From Felis catus (lineage: Eukaryota): a DNA stretch of 64,000 bases. Below, one piece after another: positions 42,831 to 63,764 of the stretch. The stretch's first letter is position 1, and every line of letters starts with the position of its first letter. The notes beneath the pieces were generated by a model. The model saw nothing but the letters and a program-made list of their open reading frames with translations, was not told where the DNA came from and did not search any database. The DNA is taken from positions 6,076,001-6,140,000 of the forward strand of contig NC_058369.1 in NCBI RefSeq assembly GCF_018350175.1, given 5' to 3'. The translations under genes and the position numbers were made by a program.

Positions 42831-43335
42831 TTTGAAAAATATACATTAAAAAAAAACAAAAGGACCAAAAAAAGAAGAAAGGAAAAAAAAAGCACAACGA
42901 ATCTATGCTGTTGGAGGATGGAAGTTTCCTGGGGAGTCTGATGAGAAAAGGGCAGATGGAGGGTTTCTGGGAACGGAGTGAAAAATTTGAGCTTACGCTC
43001 AGATCCGCACCCGTGTCTTTCTGTATGTCGTATTTTGGTGAAAGTGATAGGTGTGTGTGAAATCCCTATGTAAAAACAGCCGTGTACACGAGCCAAAGTA
43101 TAGGCGATGCTTATTGAGCACCTACTATGTGCCAGATGTGACGCTATGCACGTGCGTGTGGTGGGGAGCAAGGGGACACCCCTCCCCTCCCACCCCGCCA
43201 TGCACTTTGCCCTGTCGGAAGAAGACAGACACCAAGAGAGTGCTCAGTCAGCCTCAACCCCCACCAGTCACTTGTGCCCTGAAGGACAGGAACCCGGTTC
43301 TGGGAGAACTTCTGACATTAGAATGTCCCACCCAA

Positions 43336-43518
43336 GGGACGCCTGGGTGGCTCAGCTGGTTGAGCGTCTGACTCTTGATTTCGACTCAGGTCATGATGCC
43401 ACGGTTCATGGGTTCGAGCCCCGCATCGGACTCGGCGCTGACAATGCAGGATTCGCTCTCTCTCCCTCCCTCTGCCCCTCCTCTCCCCCTTTCAAAATAA
43501 ATAAACTTAAAAAAAAGA
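43336..43518 (+). mobile_element. Can-SINE within L2 fragments (~43090-43930)
   Basis: gggacgcctgggtggctcag head; flanking ttattgagcacctactatgtgccag L2 motif. Confidence 0.8.
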
Positions 43519-44050
43519 AGAACATGGCCCCCAGTGGAAGAATCCAGGGAGGGTTTGTGGAGGAAGAGATGGCTGAGAAGAAATCAGAGGATGAGACAAG
43601 TTACGCAAAAGAACCAGTGAGGGAAGGCTTTCTGGGTGGAAGGAACAGCATGTCCCAAGGCCCTGGGGAAGGACAGGGCGCACCAGCTTTGAGGAACTGA
43701 AAGAAAACTAGGGGGGCAGGAAGACAGAGAGCTTGGCTGGGATAAGCAATGTCACGGGCTCCCTTCCTTGAAGGGACAGACACGGCTTGGGCACAAGGGT
43801 GACTCAGGAGGCAGCAAAAGTCATCGTTTGAGAGTTCTGTTTCTTCAAACCCTTTGGTCTCAGAACTTTTCAGGTAAAAGCTTTTGAGGGGCACAGAAGT
43901 AGGCAGCTCTGACTTCAGGTTGGGTGAAAAGCAGGGGGAGTATGAGGAACCCCTAGGATTCCTTGGGATCTTAGTTTGAAAACCCTTAGTTAAGGAACAG
44001 GAAAGGGCCACAGGCCTTTTCATTGTCTCTAAAGAAAAATAAAATATTTT

Positions 44051-44803
44051 CGGGACGCTTGGCTGGCTCAGTGGGAAGAGCATTCGACTTTTGATCTCTG
44101 GGCTGTGAGTTCCAGCCCCACGTGGGGTGTAGAGATTACTAAAAAAAGGCAAAGTTAAAAAAAAAAAAAAAAGAAAAGGGGCACATGGGTGGCTCGGTGG
44201 ATTGAGCATCTGACTCTTGGTTTAGGCTCAGGTCGTGATCTCAAGGTTCATGGGATGAGTCCCTCACCAGACTCTATGCTAATAGCACGGAGCCTGCTTG
44301 GGATTCTTCCTCTCTCCCCACCCCTCCCCCACTCATGCATGGGCTCTCTTTCTCTCTTTCTCTCTCTCCCTCTCAAAATAAATAAATATTTAAAAAGAAA
44401 GAAAGAAAGAAGATAGAAGTGCCTGGGTGACTCAGTCGGTTAAATGTCTGACTTCAGCTCAGGTCATGATCTCTGGGTCTGTGAGTTCGAGCCCCACGTC
44501 AGGCTTGCGTGGGGCTCTGGGCTGACAGCTCAGAGCCTGGAGCCTGCTTCAGATTCTGTGTCTCCCTCTCTCTCTCCCCCCCTCCCCCGCCCACACACAA
44601 ACACGCTGTCTCTCTGTCTCTCAAAAATAAACGTTAAAAAAAATCTTAAAAAAAGAGAAAATGTTTTCATTATCCCTGACTTCCTTTTTTTATCTATTTA
44701 TTTTGATAGGGAGCGACAGAGAGAACTCAAGAGGGGGAGGGGCAGAGAGAGAGGAGGAGAGAGCCCAAATCAAGAGTCAGACACTTAAGCGACCAAGCCA
44801 CCC
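44051..44803. mobile_element. four Can-SINEs (44051-44175+, 44177-44400+, 44417-44645+, 44685-44803-)
   Basis: SINEC heads and tails. Confidence 0.85.
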
Positions 44804-45159
44804 CTTTTTACCCACCCCCCAGATTTCTATCAATGAAACTGAGTTCTAGTGGCCTCAATTTTGCATCAAATGCTATCAAATAAAATTCCAGAGCCAGGCC
44901 TTTAAAATGTATAGTATGGCAATCACACACTTTATTGAGGTATGATTTTCTTTAAATAAACCACATCTATCTTAAGCATTCAGTTGGATGCATTTTGCAA
45001 ACATATATGCCTGCAGGCAGCACGAATGTTTTGTTTTTCCCAAGCATTGTCTCTTTGAAAAATAAGGTGTAATTTACATAAAGTAAAATTCATCCTTTTT
45101 ACTGAGGTCTATGAGTTTCCACAAACGCATAGAGCTGTGTGATTATCAATACCAAATGC

Positions 45160-45371
45160 TTTTTTCTTTTAATGTTTATTTATTGTTGAGAGAGAGAGAG
45201 ACAGAGTGTGAGCAGGGGAGGGGCAGAGAGAGGGAGACACAGAATCCGAAGCAGGCTCCGGGCTCCGAGCTGTCAGCCCAAGGCCCAATGCGGGGCTTGA
45301 ACTCACAAACCATGAGATCATGACCCGAGCTGAAGTCGGACGCTTAACCGACTGAGCCACCCAGGCGCCCC
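45160..45371 (-). mobile_element. Can-SINE
   Basis: Reverse SINEC ending cccaggcgcccc. Confidence 0.9.
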
Positions 45372-46351
45372 CAGCACCAAAGTCTTCTAACTTAAATGAT
45401 GGTTGGAAAAAAAGGAGTTTCCCAACAATCTGAAGGAAACCTGTGTCCTGAAGTCTACTGCCGACGGAGAGGACTTTTGTGCCCCGTACAACTGGTTTTC
45501 CTGGGTGGGGCAGCAGATCCTGGAAATATTCACAACTGTTAGCGGCTTGTGCTCGCCTCGGTTACTGTACATGTGCCCTTGAAGGATTGCTTTGCAGGCA
45601 CGGAGCCTGGGGAACTGACCTCTAGAAGCAACATGAGCTTCCGGTTGGTTGCTCGCCTCCCTGGGCAACAGACAGCTTGCTGTTCTGGTGACAGAGCTGA
45701 GCTGACAGGTGGCTGAGCCAAATCAGGAAAGAATCATTGACACTTGCTTCCTGTCCCGCATGAATGACAGGAAAGTAAAAGCCTCGGAAGGCTGCCCGAT
45801 TTCTTCAAGCGAGAGCTGGCGAGCCTGGCTTCATTTATAAACGCTTCTGACCTGGTGGGGGAGGGGTGGGGCGGGCGGGGAGACTGCAGGGCAGAAGGGG
45901 GAGTCTAAGCAGCGGCCAGCAAACAGCACAGGTTTGGAGACGATAAGCTGTGGGCTCTGGCAGGAGCTGACCAGGCCAGGCTGTCCCCTGGGGCAAGGAA
46001 CAGAGAGAGCCTGGAGGCCGGGTGGTAAAGATCGTGAAGCTTTCTAGTGTTAACTCCCTGAGATTATCCTTTGCAGAGACCTACTCCCGCCTCCCAGCGT
46101 CCCTGGCTCGGTCCCTTGGGCCTGTTGCCTCCTTCCGGAATATTTTCCATCGTGGAGGCTCCTCAGGGAGCTCTGAGGTGATCCCATCTACTGTTTGTGG
46201 AGAAATTTACACATGTGACCAGCATCCTGTCAGGCAGATGAGGTTATTATCTCGACACAAGGGGTTGTTGAGGCTCAGAGAGGCTAAGTGATTTGCCTGA
46301 GGTCACACAGCAAGTTGTCCACGCTTTCCTTAAAAAATAAAAAGAAGGGTA

Positions 46352-47345
46352 GGGGCCCCTGGGCGGCTCAGTCGGTTAAGTGTCTGACTCTTGATTTTGG
46401 CTCAGGTCATGATCTCAGGGTCGTGAGATGGAGCCCCGTGTCAGGCTCTGTGCTGAGTGTGGAGCCTGCTTAAGATTCTCTCTCTCCCTCCTACTCCCCC
46501 TCTTGCTCGAGCTCTCTCTCTCTCTCTCTCTCTGTAAAATTTTTTAAAAATAATAACAATAGGGGCGCCTGGGTGGTGCAGTCGGTTAAGCGTCCGACTT
46601 CAGCCAGGTCACGATCTCACAGTCCGTGAGTTCGAGCCCTGCGTCAGGCTCTGGGCTGATGGCTCAGAGCCTGGAGCCTGTTTCCGATTCTGTGTCTCCC
46701 TCTCTCTCTGCCCCTCCCCCGTTCATGCTCTGTCTCTCTCTGTCCCAAAAATAAATAAATGTTGAAAAAAAAATTAAAAAAAATATTCTTTAAAAAATAA
46801 TAATAACAATAAAAAAAGAGAATATTCCTACAGCTTTTCTTTTTCTGTTAAATGACAGAAGGGGCGCCTGGGTGGCTCAGTTGGTTGAGTGTCCGACTTC
46901 TGCTTAGGTCATGATCTCACAGCTTGTGAGTTCGAGCCCTACATCTGGCTCTGAGCTGTCAGCACAGCTGAGCCTGCTTTAGATTCTGTTTCTCCCTGTC
47001 TTTCTGCCCCTCCCCTGCTCACGCTCTGTCTCTCTCTCTTTCAAAAATAAATAAACGTTAAAAAAATTTTTAAAAAGAAATGACAAATAAAACATCCGTA
47101 TTTAAAAAGGAATTCAAAGGGGCACCTGGGTGGCTCAGTCGGTTAAGCGGCTGACTTCGGCTCAGGTCATGATCTCGCACTCCGTGAGTTCGAGCCCCGA
47201 GTTGGGCTCTGTGCTGACAGCTCAGAACCCGGAGCCTGCTTCGGATTCTGTGTCTCCCTCTCTCTCTGCCCCACCCCCCACTCATGCTCTGTCTCTCCCT
47301 GTCTCAAAAATAAAAATTAAAAATTTTTTGGAATTAAAAAATTAA
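46352..47345 (+). mobile_element. four tandem Can-SINEs (starts 46352, 46562, 46861, 47118)
   Basis: Successive SINECs inserted into A-rich tails. Confidence 0.88.
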
Positions 47346-47839
47346 AAAAAATAAAAGGAATTCCAAGAATACAGAAGTTTATAAAATAAATGTCCCCCAT
47401 ATTCCTACTCATGCAGAGTAATCAAAAAATGGGGGCGATTACAGAGCAACCTGCACCCCCCCCTTCAGCTGAGGAATATGAATATAAGGGGATAGAGGGG
47501 AGGTCTCATCTGGCCGGAGCCTCCACACCTCGCCTCCACCACGGCCCCCCGCGCTCCCTACGACTGCCTTCCCAATTCTCCAAGCAGCCATGTGAAGTTT
47601 TGCAAAACAGGAAAACTCACCTGGGTGAAGTCGATCACTTTCAAAGGGGAGATTTCAGGCTCAGATTTGCCCAATGCCAAAGTCTTCCCTTTTAACTAAG
47701 GCATGTTCCCACCCAAGCCATGGGGAGTGGGGTACATGGACCAGGGAGGGGGTGCGTGGAGAGCAAAGTCAGGGGGGTAGAAAGAGTTTTGTAGAAACTG
47801 CCTCCATCCAGCCTGGCTTTTTTAGATTTCACATACTAA

Positions 47840-47872
47840 TTTTTTTTTAATTGTTTTTAATATTTATCTATT

Positions 47873-47909
<37 letters not shown>

Positions 47910-48312
47910 CAGAGAGAGAGACAGAGTAGGGGAGGGGCAGGGAGAGAGGGAGACACAGAATCCGAAGCGGGCTCCAGGCTCTGAGCTGTCAGCACAGAAC
48001 CTGACATGGGGCTCGAACTCACAGACCGTGAGATCATGACCTGAGCCAAAGTTGGACGCTTAACCAACTGAGCACCCCAGGCGCCCTTCAATCTTTTTTT
48101 TTTTTTTTTTTTTTTTAGTGCTTATTTATTTTTGACAGAGAGACAGAGAGCGAGAGAGAGTGGGGGAGTGGCAGAAAGAGGGAGACAGAGGATCTGAAGC
48201 GGGCTCAGCGCTGACAGCTGAGATCCCAATGCGGGGCTTGAACCCATGAACCACAAGATCATGACCTGAGCTGAAGTCAGATGCTTCACGGACTGAACCG
48301 CCCAGGCGCCCC
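47840..48312 (-). mobile_element. two tandem Can-SINEs (47840-48087, 48095-48312)
   Basis: Reverse SINECs. Confidence 0.88.
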
Positions 48313-48632
48313 TAAAATAGCTTTTATAAGGAAAAGCAACTGAAATGTTAGTTTCATTATGCTCATCGACTCTGGGGCTGTGAAAGATGATCGTTTTGCA
48401 AGGTCCTCCAAAAGTCCTAAAAATACAGAAAATTCCTTAACAGCTGTAATCAGGTCATAGAAAGTCCTAAACCATTTTACCTTTCCCTGGCACCCTATGG
48501 CTGTGGAAAATGCCTCCCGCTATCTTGCATAAACGTCATACGCTCATCTGGACACTGGACAGTTTACCAAAGTAAACAGAGGAGAGTAATAAAGTGCAGC
48601 AAATAGTGTCCCATTCTCTAGGAAGGTGTTGT

Positions 48633-48808
48633 TTTTTTTTTTTTATGTTTGTTTATTTTCGAGAGGGGGAACAGAGGATCCGGAGTGGGCTCTGTGCTGA
48701 CAGCAGAGAGCCTAGGGCGGGACTCGAACTCGCAAACCTGTGAGATCATGCCCTGAGCCGAAGTCAGATGCTTAACCGACTGAGCCACCCACGTGTCCCC
48801 CATGCAAC

Positions 48809-48845
<37 letters not shown>

Positions 48846-49280
48846 AGAAAAAAGAACAGATAGGTGGTTGTCAAGGCGGTTCGGGGGGAGGGGTGAAGGT
48901 GAAGGTTGTCAAAAGGTCCAACTTCCATCTAGAAGATGAATAAATTCTGGGGACTACAGTTAACATTACTGTATTGTATATGTATTCTTTTAAGTTTGTT
49001 TATTTTTTCCGAGGGGGGAGGGGCGGAGAGAGGAGGAGAGAGAATCCCAAGCAGGCTCAGTGCTGCAAACTGCCTTATAAGAGAATAGATTGTAAAAGTT
49101 CTCACCACACACGTGCACACACGCACACACACATTCACACACGGTAACTATGTGTGCGGTTGGATGTGTTAACTAACCTATTACAGAAATCATTTTGCAA
49201 TACATCCATATATCAAATCACTACCTTGTACACCTTACATTTATACAGTGTTATATATCAATTACATTTCAGTAAAGTTG
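48633..49280. mobile_element. Can-SINE fragments (48633-48800-, 48990-49060-) and an L1 3' end (+)
   Basis: Reverse SINEC; L1 tail gtaactatgtg...ggatgtgttaacta...tatcaattacatttcagtaaag. Confidence 0.7.
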
Positions 49281-51554
49281 GAGGGAGAGAGAGTCCACAC
49301 ATGACGGCAACCATACAGTGTTTGTCTTGCTCCTTCTGACTCACTAAGCGGGGCTTCACATGGATCTGCAGAACCATCCAGAATGGGGCACCACACAGAG
49401 TGACTGCTTCGTATGTGTTGCCTTTCCTTACCATTATTCCATTATTTTCCCCAGAATTTCCCCAGCTGCCGACAGGGATTGAGGTTCTGAGTGGTCTCAA
49501 AAAGCACTGTGGTCACTAGAGGCAGGGGGTGGGGGGTGGGGGGTGGGGCAGAGCCCCAGCCGGGACCTCCCCGTCCTGTCCTGTCCCCACCGGCACCCCA
49601 GCCCTGATGACTCCGTCCGTCTCTGGCCCCCGCTGGAGCAGAAACTTCCCACTCACAAGACAATTTCTTCACTCCAGATGCCTTTTCACAATATTCTTGG
49701 CAGCTGTTGGTTAACTTGCGTTTTAAGATTTTGAGTAACTTTATAACAACAGAAAAGGGAAGCTCGCCTCGCCTCCTCACTGTCTGGGCTCCCGTGGAAC
49801 AGATATTCTCCTTTGACGTGCCTCCCTGCCTGGAGGTTTCCTTGGCTCACTGAGTCACACTCACTTCTCGTTCCTGCGCTGGGGCCACGGAGCCCCTTCC
49901 TACCAAGCAAGGTGAAGGCGTGGGGCATTCCTTCCTCTGCCCCTTCCTCTGCGGGGGTCCTGCCTGTCCCCAAGTGGCCACCACCCCTCCTGCCCAGCTG
50001 GCAGCTCCAGCGAGCCCTGGAGCCTCATGTTTGCTGTAAATTGAGCAAGTTCGAGACCACAAACCTTTCCCTTCCTTGTATGACTTGGATGAGGTATTAT
50101 TCTAGAAGAGGCCCCCGGGCACGGCAAGGGTGGAGAACTCCCACTCGGTGCATTTCTGATGCTGAGAACCTTAGTCCTCACTTCGTCTGGGGCGGGCCCT
50201 CAGACCCTCCAAAGCGCTGATGTTAGCCTGATAAATCCTTTTTTGCTCCCTTTGTAGGGCCCTCCTTCTTAGCCTGCCCAGGGCTGGTCCCCATTAGAGT
50301 GTTAAATAATAATAATATTGTATCAATAATGTATTATTATGATGATCATCATTAAGGCAGCCAGAGTTTCCTGGATTCTTCCTAGTTGCTTACAATGTGA
50401 CCGTCCATCACCCTGAGGTCTGTCTCCACCCCAGACCTCCCTGATAAACTCAGATCCTGCTGCCTCCTGGGGATCCTGGGGAGAATACTGAAGACAATGT
50501 ATCAGGTTGTTACTTTCTGTGGCTTTCTATGTCCAACTAGTTGCCGAGGGAAAGGTCATTTGAGAAGGATCCCAGCTAATTCCAGTGGAAGGATTAATAA
50601 GGTTGGAAATAAGCCTCAAGAGATCATGGGTCCAGGCGTTGAGACTTCATAGCAGCTAACACCTTTATGGGGAGAACTGGTGGGGACAAGGGGGCATTTG
50701 CCCCACTCCCCCCAACCCACAGATCAATTGAAGCATCATGACATTATGGATCCCCTGAGAAGGTACAAGTATCCAGCTCCACCAGGGAGAGAGGATTCTC
50801 ACCTACAGCTTAAGCTGATCTAGGCTATCGTGCTAACCACCTGTTGACCAAGGAAACCGCACGGTGGGGATGGTGGGGACAGACGCTAAGGAACAAGTTG
50901 CATAGGGTCACGGAGAAGCAGCCAGCCAAATCCAGAATGGGGGCCATTCCCCAGGACAGGAAGACAACCCCAAAATGTCCTAGTTGGGATAAATGTCCTG
51001 AGGAGATAAGGCACCGTGACATTTGAGCTAAAACGAGAAGGAGGGAGGGATATGGAGATTGGGGGAAAGAGTATTGTAGGCAAAGAGAACAGCAGGTGCA
51101 AAGGCCCTGTGGCTGGAACAGCGTGGTATGTTTGAGAGACAGCAGCACGTCCAGCCTTGCTGTGGCTGAGGGAGCCAGTGGAGTCACGGAGGGACCTTGT
51201 TAAAGGAGAGAGAGGGAGGTTGGATAGTATTCCCATAGGAAGGTTTTGAGAAGTCTGAGTAATGCCTGCAGAGGGCTTGGCATGATGCCTGCAACACGGT
51301 CAGGGCCTGACACTGCTGGCTGCTGTGGCCCAGAGGGGTCTGTGAATATTTGTTTGAATCAAAATGTCCTTAAGTGGGAGACGTTACAGCATCTCCCAGG
51401 TACAGATAAGGGGCAGAGGCCGGTGTAAGCAACAGTTTTGTTGCTGCGGGGAAGCACGGAGTCACCGCTGGCTTACTTCTTGTCGTTTCCAGCCAGGGCC
51501 ACCCAAACTCCAGGCGCAGACTGGAAAGTGCGAAGAAACCGAAAAATTGGGCCA

Positions 51555-51572
51555 CAGCGCCCCCTGGTGCTC
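51555..51572 (-). promoter_or_regulatory. CTCF motif (GCACCAGGGGGCGCTG on the minus strand)
   Basis: Near-consensus CCACCAGGGGGCGC. Confidence 0.7.
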
Positions 51573-52056
51573 GCAGTGCTCACCTGCTTAAGCGACTTCC
51601 CCCCGGAAAGCGAGTTTAAATATTAAACTGTGAAACTATCTCCCTCCCGCTCTGGCTCGGCCAGTTAAAAGGCTTCCCTGCCGAGGCCTGGCGGGGAGCC
51701 GCGCCTCCAGGGCGGGCGTCTCACCGCCACCCCGCACCCCACGCCCTCGACGGACCCTGTGCATCTTCCCGCCCTGGTGGGAGTTTCGTGTAAACCCTAG
51801 AAGCAGAATTGCGGGGTCAGAGTGTTCAGCGCTTCTCCAAGGCCCCACCTGCAAAACTGCGTGTGCGATTTTTTCTGGGGAAAAAAATGTCCTTAGATTT
51901 CCCCGAATTCTCAAAAGGATAGGGGGGCTTAAATCAGGGCCACGTCCTCCAGGGCTGGTGAGGAAGCGTCCTGAGCGTCCTGCCTCTGCCCATGCCTTCC
52001 CGGTCCCAGTCTTGGACGGGCCACATCCCGAGGTGATAGAATGGAAATAAGCAACG

Positions 52057-52074
52057 CTCCACTGGGGGGCGCTG
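52057..52074 (+). promoter_or_regulatory. CTCF-like motif CCACTGGGGGGCGCTG
   Basis: One mismatch from CCACTAGGGGGCGC. Confidence 0.55.
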
Positions 52075-52334
52075 TACCCACCCACCCAGACGCCCTCCCC
52101 TGGCACCCCTCCCAGCGGAACCTCTTCACCAGCGTTAGATGCGGTCCCCACCTGTCCTGGCTCACATCCCTTCTGTAGTTTCCCACTGCACCAGCAGAGG
52201 CCAAATCCTCACCCTGGGCCCCCAGAGGCCCCGTGTGGCTCTCAGATTTTATTACCCCTTAATATCTCTTTTGCTCCGTCTCAATCTCTTGCCTTTGTGT
52301 CCAGGTGCCCTCCCTCCCTCCCTTCCCTGACTCC

Positions 52335-52528
52335 TTTTTTTTTTTTTTTTATGTTTACTTTTGAGAGTGTGAGTAGGGGAGGGGCAAGGGGGTGCTGCTG
52401 GACAGAGGATCTGAAGCGGGCTCCGCACTGACGGCAGAGAGCCCGATGCGGGGCTCAAACCCAGGACCCACGAGATCACAACCTGAGCCGAAGTCAGACA
52501 CTGAACTGACTGAGCCACCCAGGTGCTC
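52335..52528 (-). mobile_element. Can-SINE
   Basis: Reverse SINEC with TSD-like cctgactcct. Confidence 0.85.
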
Positions 52529-52737
52529 CTGACTCCTCCTTCCATTCTCAACTCAGACTTCCCCTTCCTCCAGGAAGCCCTTCTTGACTGCCCCCAGACT
52601 GGGTGGATTAGGGTATCCTCTGGGCTCCCACAGCCCCCTCTGCTTGCTGTCCACCTGGCTCTGCATCTGTGCCCCAGAGAGAACGGTCACCACGTGTCCT
52701 ATTCACACTGTGAGACCCGTTTCTCCTTTCGGCTGAG

Positions 52738-53097
52738 TGTTACGGGCTGAATTGTATCCGCCCAAAATTCATGTTGAAGTCCTAGCCCCCAGGACCTCAG
52801 AACGTGACTGCATTTGGAGACAGAGTCTTTTACAGGATAATTAGGTTAAAATGAGGTCATTAGGGTGGGCCTTAATCCAATATGACTGGTGTCCTTATAA
52901 GAGATTAGGACACTGACAAGCAGGTGAATAACCATGTGAGGACACAGGGAGAAGACGGCATCTAGGTATCTACTTGTCAAGGTGCGAGGCCTCAGCCGAC
53001 ACCTTGACCTCAGACTTCTACCCTCCAGAACCGCGAGAGAATACATTTCTGGTGTTTAAGTCACCCAGAATGTGGTACTTGGGTATGGTGGCCCTGT
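52738..53097 (+). mobile_element. MLT1A/B MaLR LTR
   Basis: tgttacgggctgaattgtatccgcccaaaattcatgttgaagtccta...gtttaagtcacccag. Confidence 0.8.
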
Positions 53098-53692
53098 CAC
53101 ACTCGTGTACCCTCTGAACACCCCGGGCGGGGGGAGGACGATGAGCAGAGTTCTAACTCCGGGGTGGGAAGCAGGTACGAATTGCTGTGTGCCTGTCCTC
53201 CCACCGAAGACGACTCTGATCCCAGGAGCTGGAGAAGCCCCCAAGCCTTGTACGGCTCCAGGTCTCAGGAAGACAGTTCCCGGGGGGTGGGGGGTGGGGG
53301 GCAGGATGCAGGGTCCGTTCTGCTTAATAACACTAAGAGTCCCATCAGAGCCGCCAAGATAACTCTAGTGACAGTGGAGGAACAGCAGCTGTCACACTGT
53401 TTTGCTATCAGCTTTCTGGCCCATCCTTTATCTCCTCTGCAAAGCTGCTGCCGTCACTGGCCCCGATTTTTGGATGCACGGAGAAGCCAGCAGGTCGGCC
53501 AAGGAGCCAGTGTTCAAACCGAGCCCAATCCTTAACCTTGGTCCCGGCTTAAGATGCCATCTGGCGGGATGAGTCCTGGGTCCTGGGTCCTGAGACACAG
53601 GTCAGGGAGGCGGGCCCACAGGAGGCTGGCCCAATACGGCTCCCTCGGAAAGAAGGCGAGGTGGGCACTGGCTGGCAGAGAGAAGGGAGGAT

Positions 53693-53698
53693 TTTATT
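53693..53698 (-). terminator. STXBP2: STXBP2 polyadenylation signal
   Basis: tttatt on plus, ~32 nt after the stop. Confidence 0.75.
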
Positions 53699-53729
53699 TC
53701 TCTGGAAGGGGAGGGGGAGGGGGAGCGGG

Positions 53730-61964
<8,235 letters not shown>

Positions 61965-63229
61965 CTTCCCCCAGGGGCGCCACGGCCGCTTCCGGGTCTG
62001 TCCCAAGGTGGGGGCGTGGCCCCGCGCGTCACCCACGTGGACCCCGCCCTGCTGGGCCGGCCCCGCCCCCCCCTCGGTCCTCGGGGAGGAAGGTGTGTAC
62101 CTCGCCGAGCCGGCAGGTGTGTCCCCCGCAGACGCGTGTGAAGTCCCTCGAAGGGCACACCCCGACGACGCGCACCGACGTGAGCTCAGACGCACCTTCC
62201 CTGCTCGTGTGCGGCGAGAGCGCGGGATCGCCGGGGAGCAACGCTTTAATCCTCCCCAGACACAGCCACCACCCTGCCAGAAGTTTCTCCGTGGTTGACG
62301 GATGCTGTGTGCCCAGCCGGCGCCGCGGGGGCCATACGCCTGTGACCCACTTGCCTTCCGTCCCCCAGAGTACAGCAGCCGGCTGGACAGCATTTGATAA
62401 AGTCAGGAGGAGGCCTGGAGGGAGGCTTGAGGCTAAGCCAGCACCTACTGTGTGCCAAGGGCCCGTGCCAGAGTCTCACCCAGTCCCCTCAGAAACCCTG
62501 ACGGTGGGGAGTGCGGTATAGACGGCGAAGCTGCGGCTCAGCAGGGCCCTTGCCCAAGGCCACGTGACGAACAGGCCCGCTGGGATCTGAACCCCAGGAC
62601 TCTGTCCCGGGAGGACTGCCTGTCACATAGCCTGGCCCTCACCAGGGGCACTCACACCCTCATAGGCTGCTCGTCGCATTCATCGGCTGATGACTTCGTG
62701 GGTTTGGAGGCACGCTCAACCCCTTGCACGCTGACACACACACGCGATTCACACGTGACCTGAAATTTCGCGGCCTGCTCCTGCTGTGCGCCAGCGAAGG
62801 GCGGCCACCTTGTCACACAGAGGGCACAGGCAGCAGCACCCGTGCAAAAGAGGTCCCGGGCGTCAAGAGTGATGCACGTGTGTGAACGCAGAGTCCAGAA
62901 CTGGGTCCTTCATTTGGCCGTGTTTCTCGAGGCTTGGTCTGGCGCCTGGCCCTTTGCCACTTACACGGGAAAGGCGGCAGTGAATGACTCTCGGGTCTGC
63001 CAGGTGGCGCTTAAAGTTGAACGGAAGGGGGAGAGAAAATAACTCTCTCCACCAGAGGGGTACCCTGACAGGGTGGCCTTTAGATTTAACCTGAACGACA
63101 TCACAAAGCAGCTCTGCAGCGGTCCAGGCAGAGAGAAGCAGGGGGTGTGTCTCGAGGGGCAGAGGGAGGGAGGTGAGCTTGGAGGGACTGCAGAGGGCTC
63201 GACTTGTCACTTGTCGTGGGACAAGATAG

Positions 63230-63335
63230 GACTAAGCCAGTCCGATTTGCCTGGGATTGAGAGGTTCCCCGGGCACAGGACTTCCAGCCCTAAAACTGGG
63301 ACGGTCTCGGGCAAACCAGGATGGCTGGTTACTCT
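63230..63335. mobile_element. MER96-like hAT-Tip100 MITE
   Basis: gtccgatttgcctgggattgag...aaaactgggacggtctcgggcaaaccaggatggctggttactct. Confidence 0.55.
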
Positions 63336-63764
63336 ATGTGGGGCTTTGGGGCTTTCTTTCATTTTTTCCTCCCTCTGTTCCTTCCTTCCCTGTTCTCTTT
63401 TTCTTTCTTTCAAAGCTTTATTGAGCGATCATTCACCTACCACACACGTCAGTCACTGAGACTGGACAATTCAATGCCTTGTAGCAGACGCAGAGATGCG
63501 CACCCACCCCCGATTTTAGAACATTCCATTACTCGGAGGTGTTTTGAGTTGTCTCCTGAGGACAATGGAGGCCAAGGTTGAGTTCTGAGCAGGGGAAGGA
63601 GGGGGTCCCTGCAGCTCCGGAGGGGAAGGATGGATTGCAGGGGCAAAGGGAGTTGTTGGGAGACCAGGAGACCCCCCCACCCCAGCCTCTCAGCCTGTCC
63701 CCTGGGGGTGAAAGTCTGTAGGGCCTACCACCCCCTACTCTACACTGTGAGAGTGACCAGGGTG

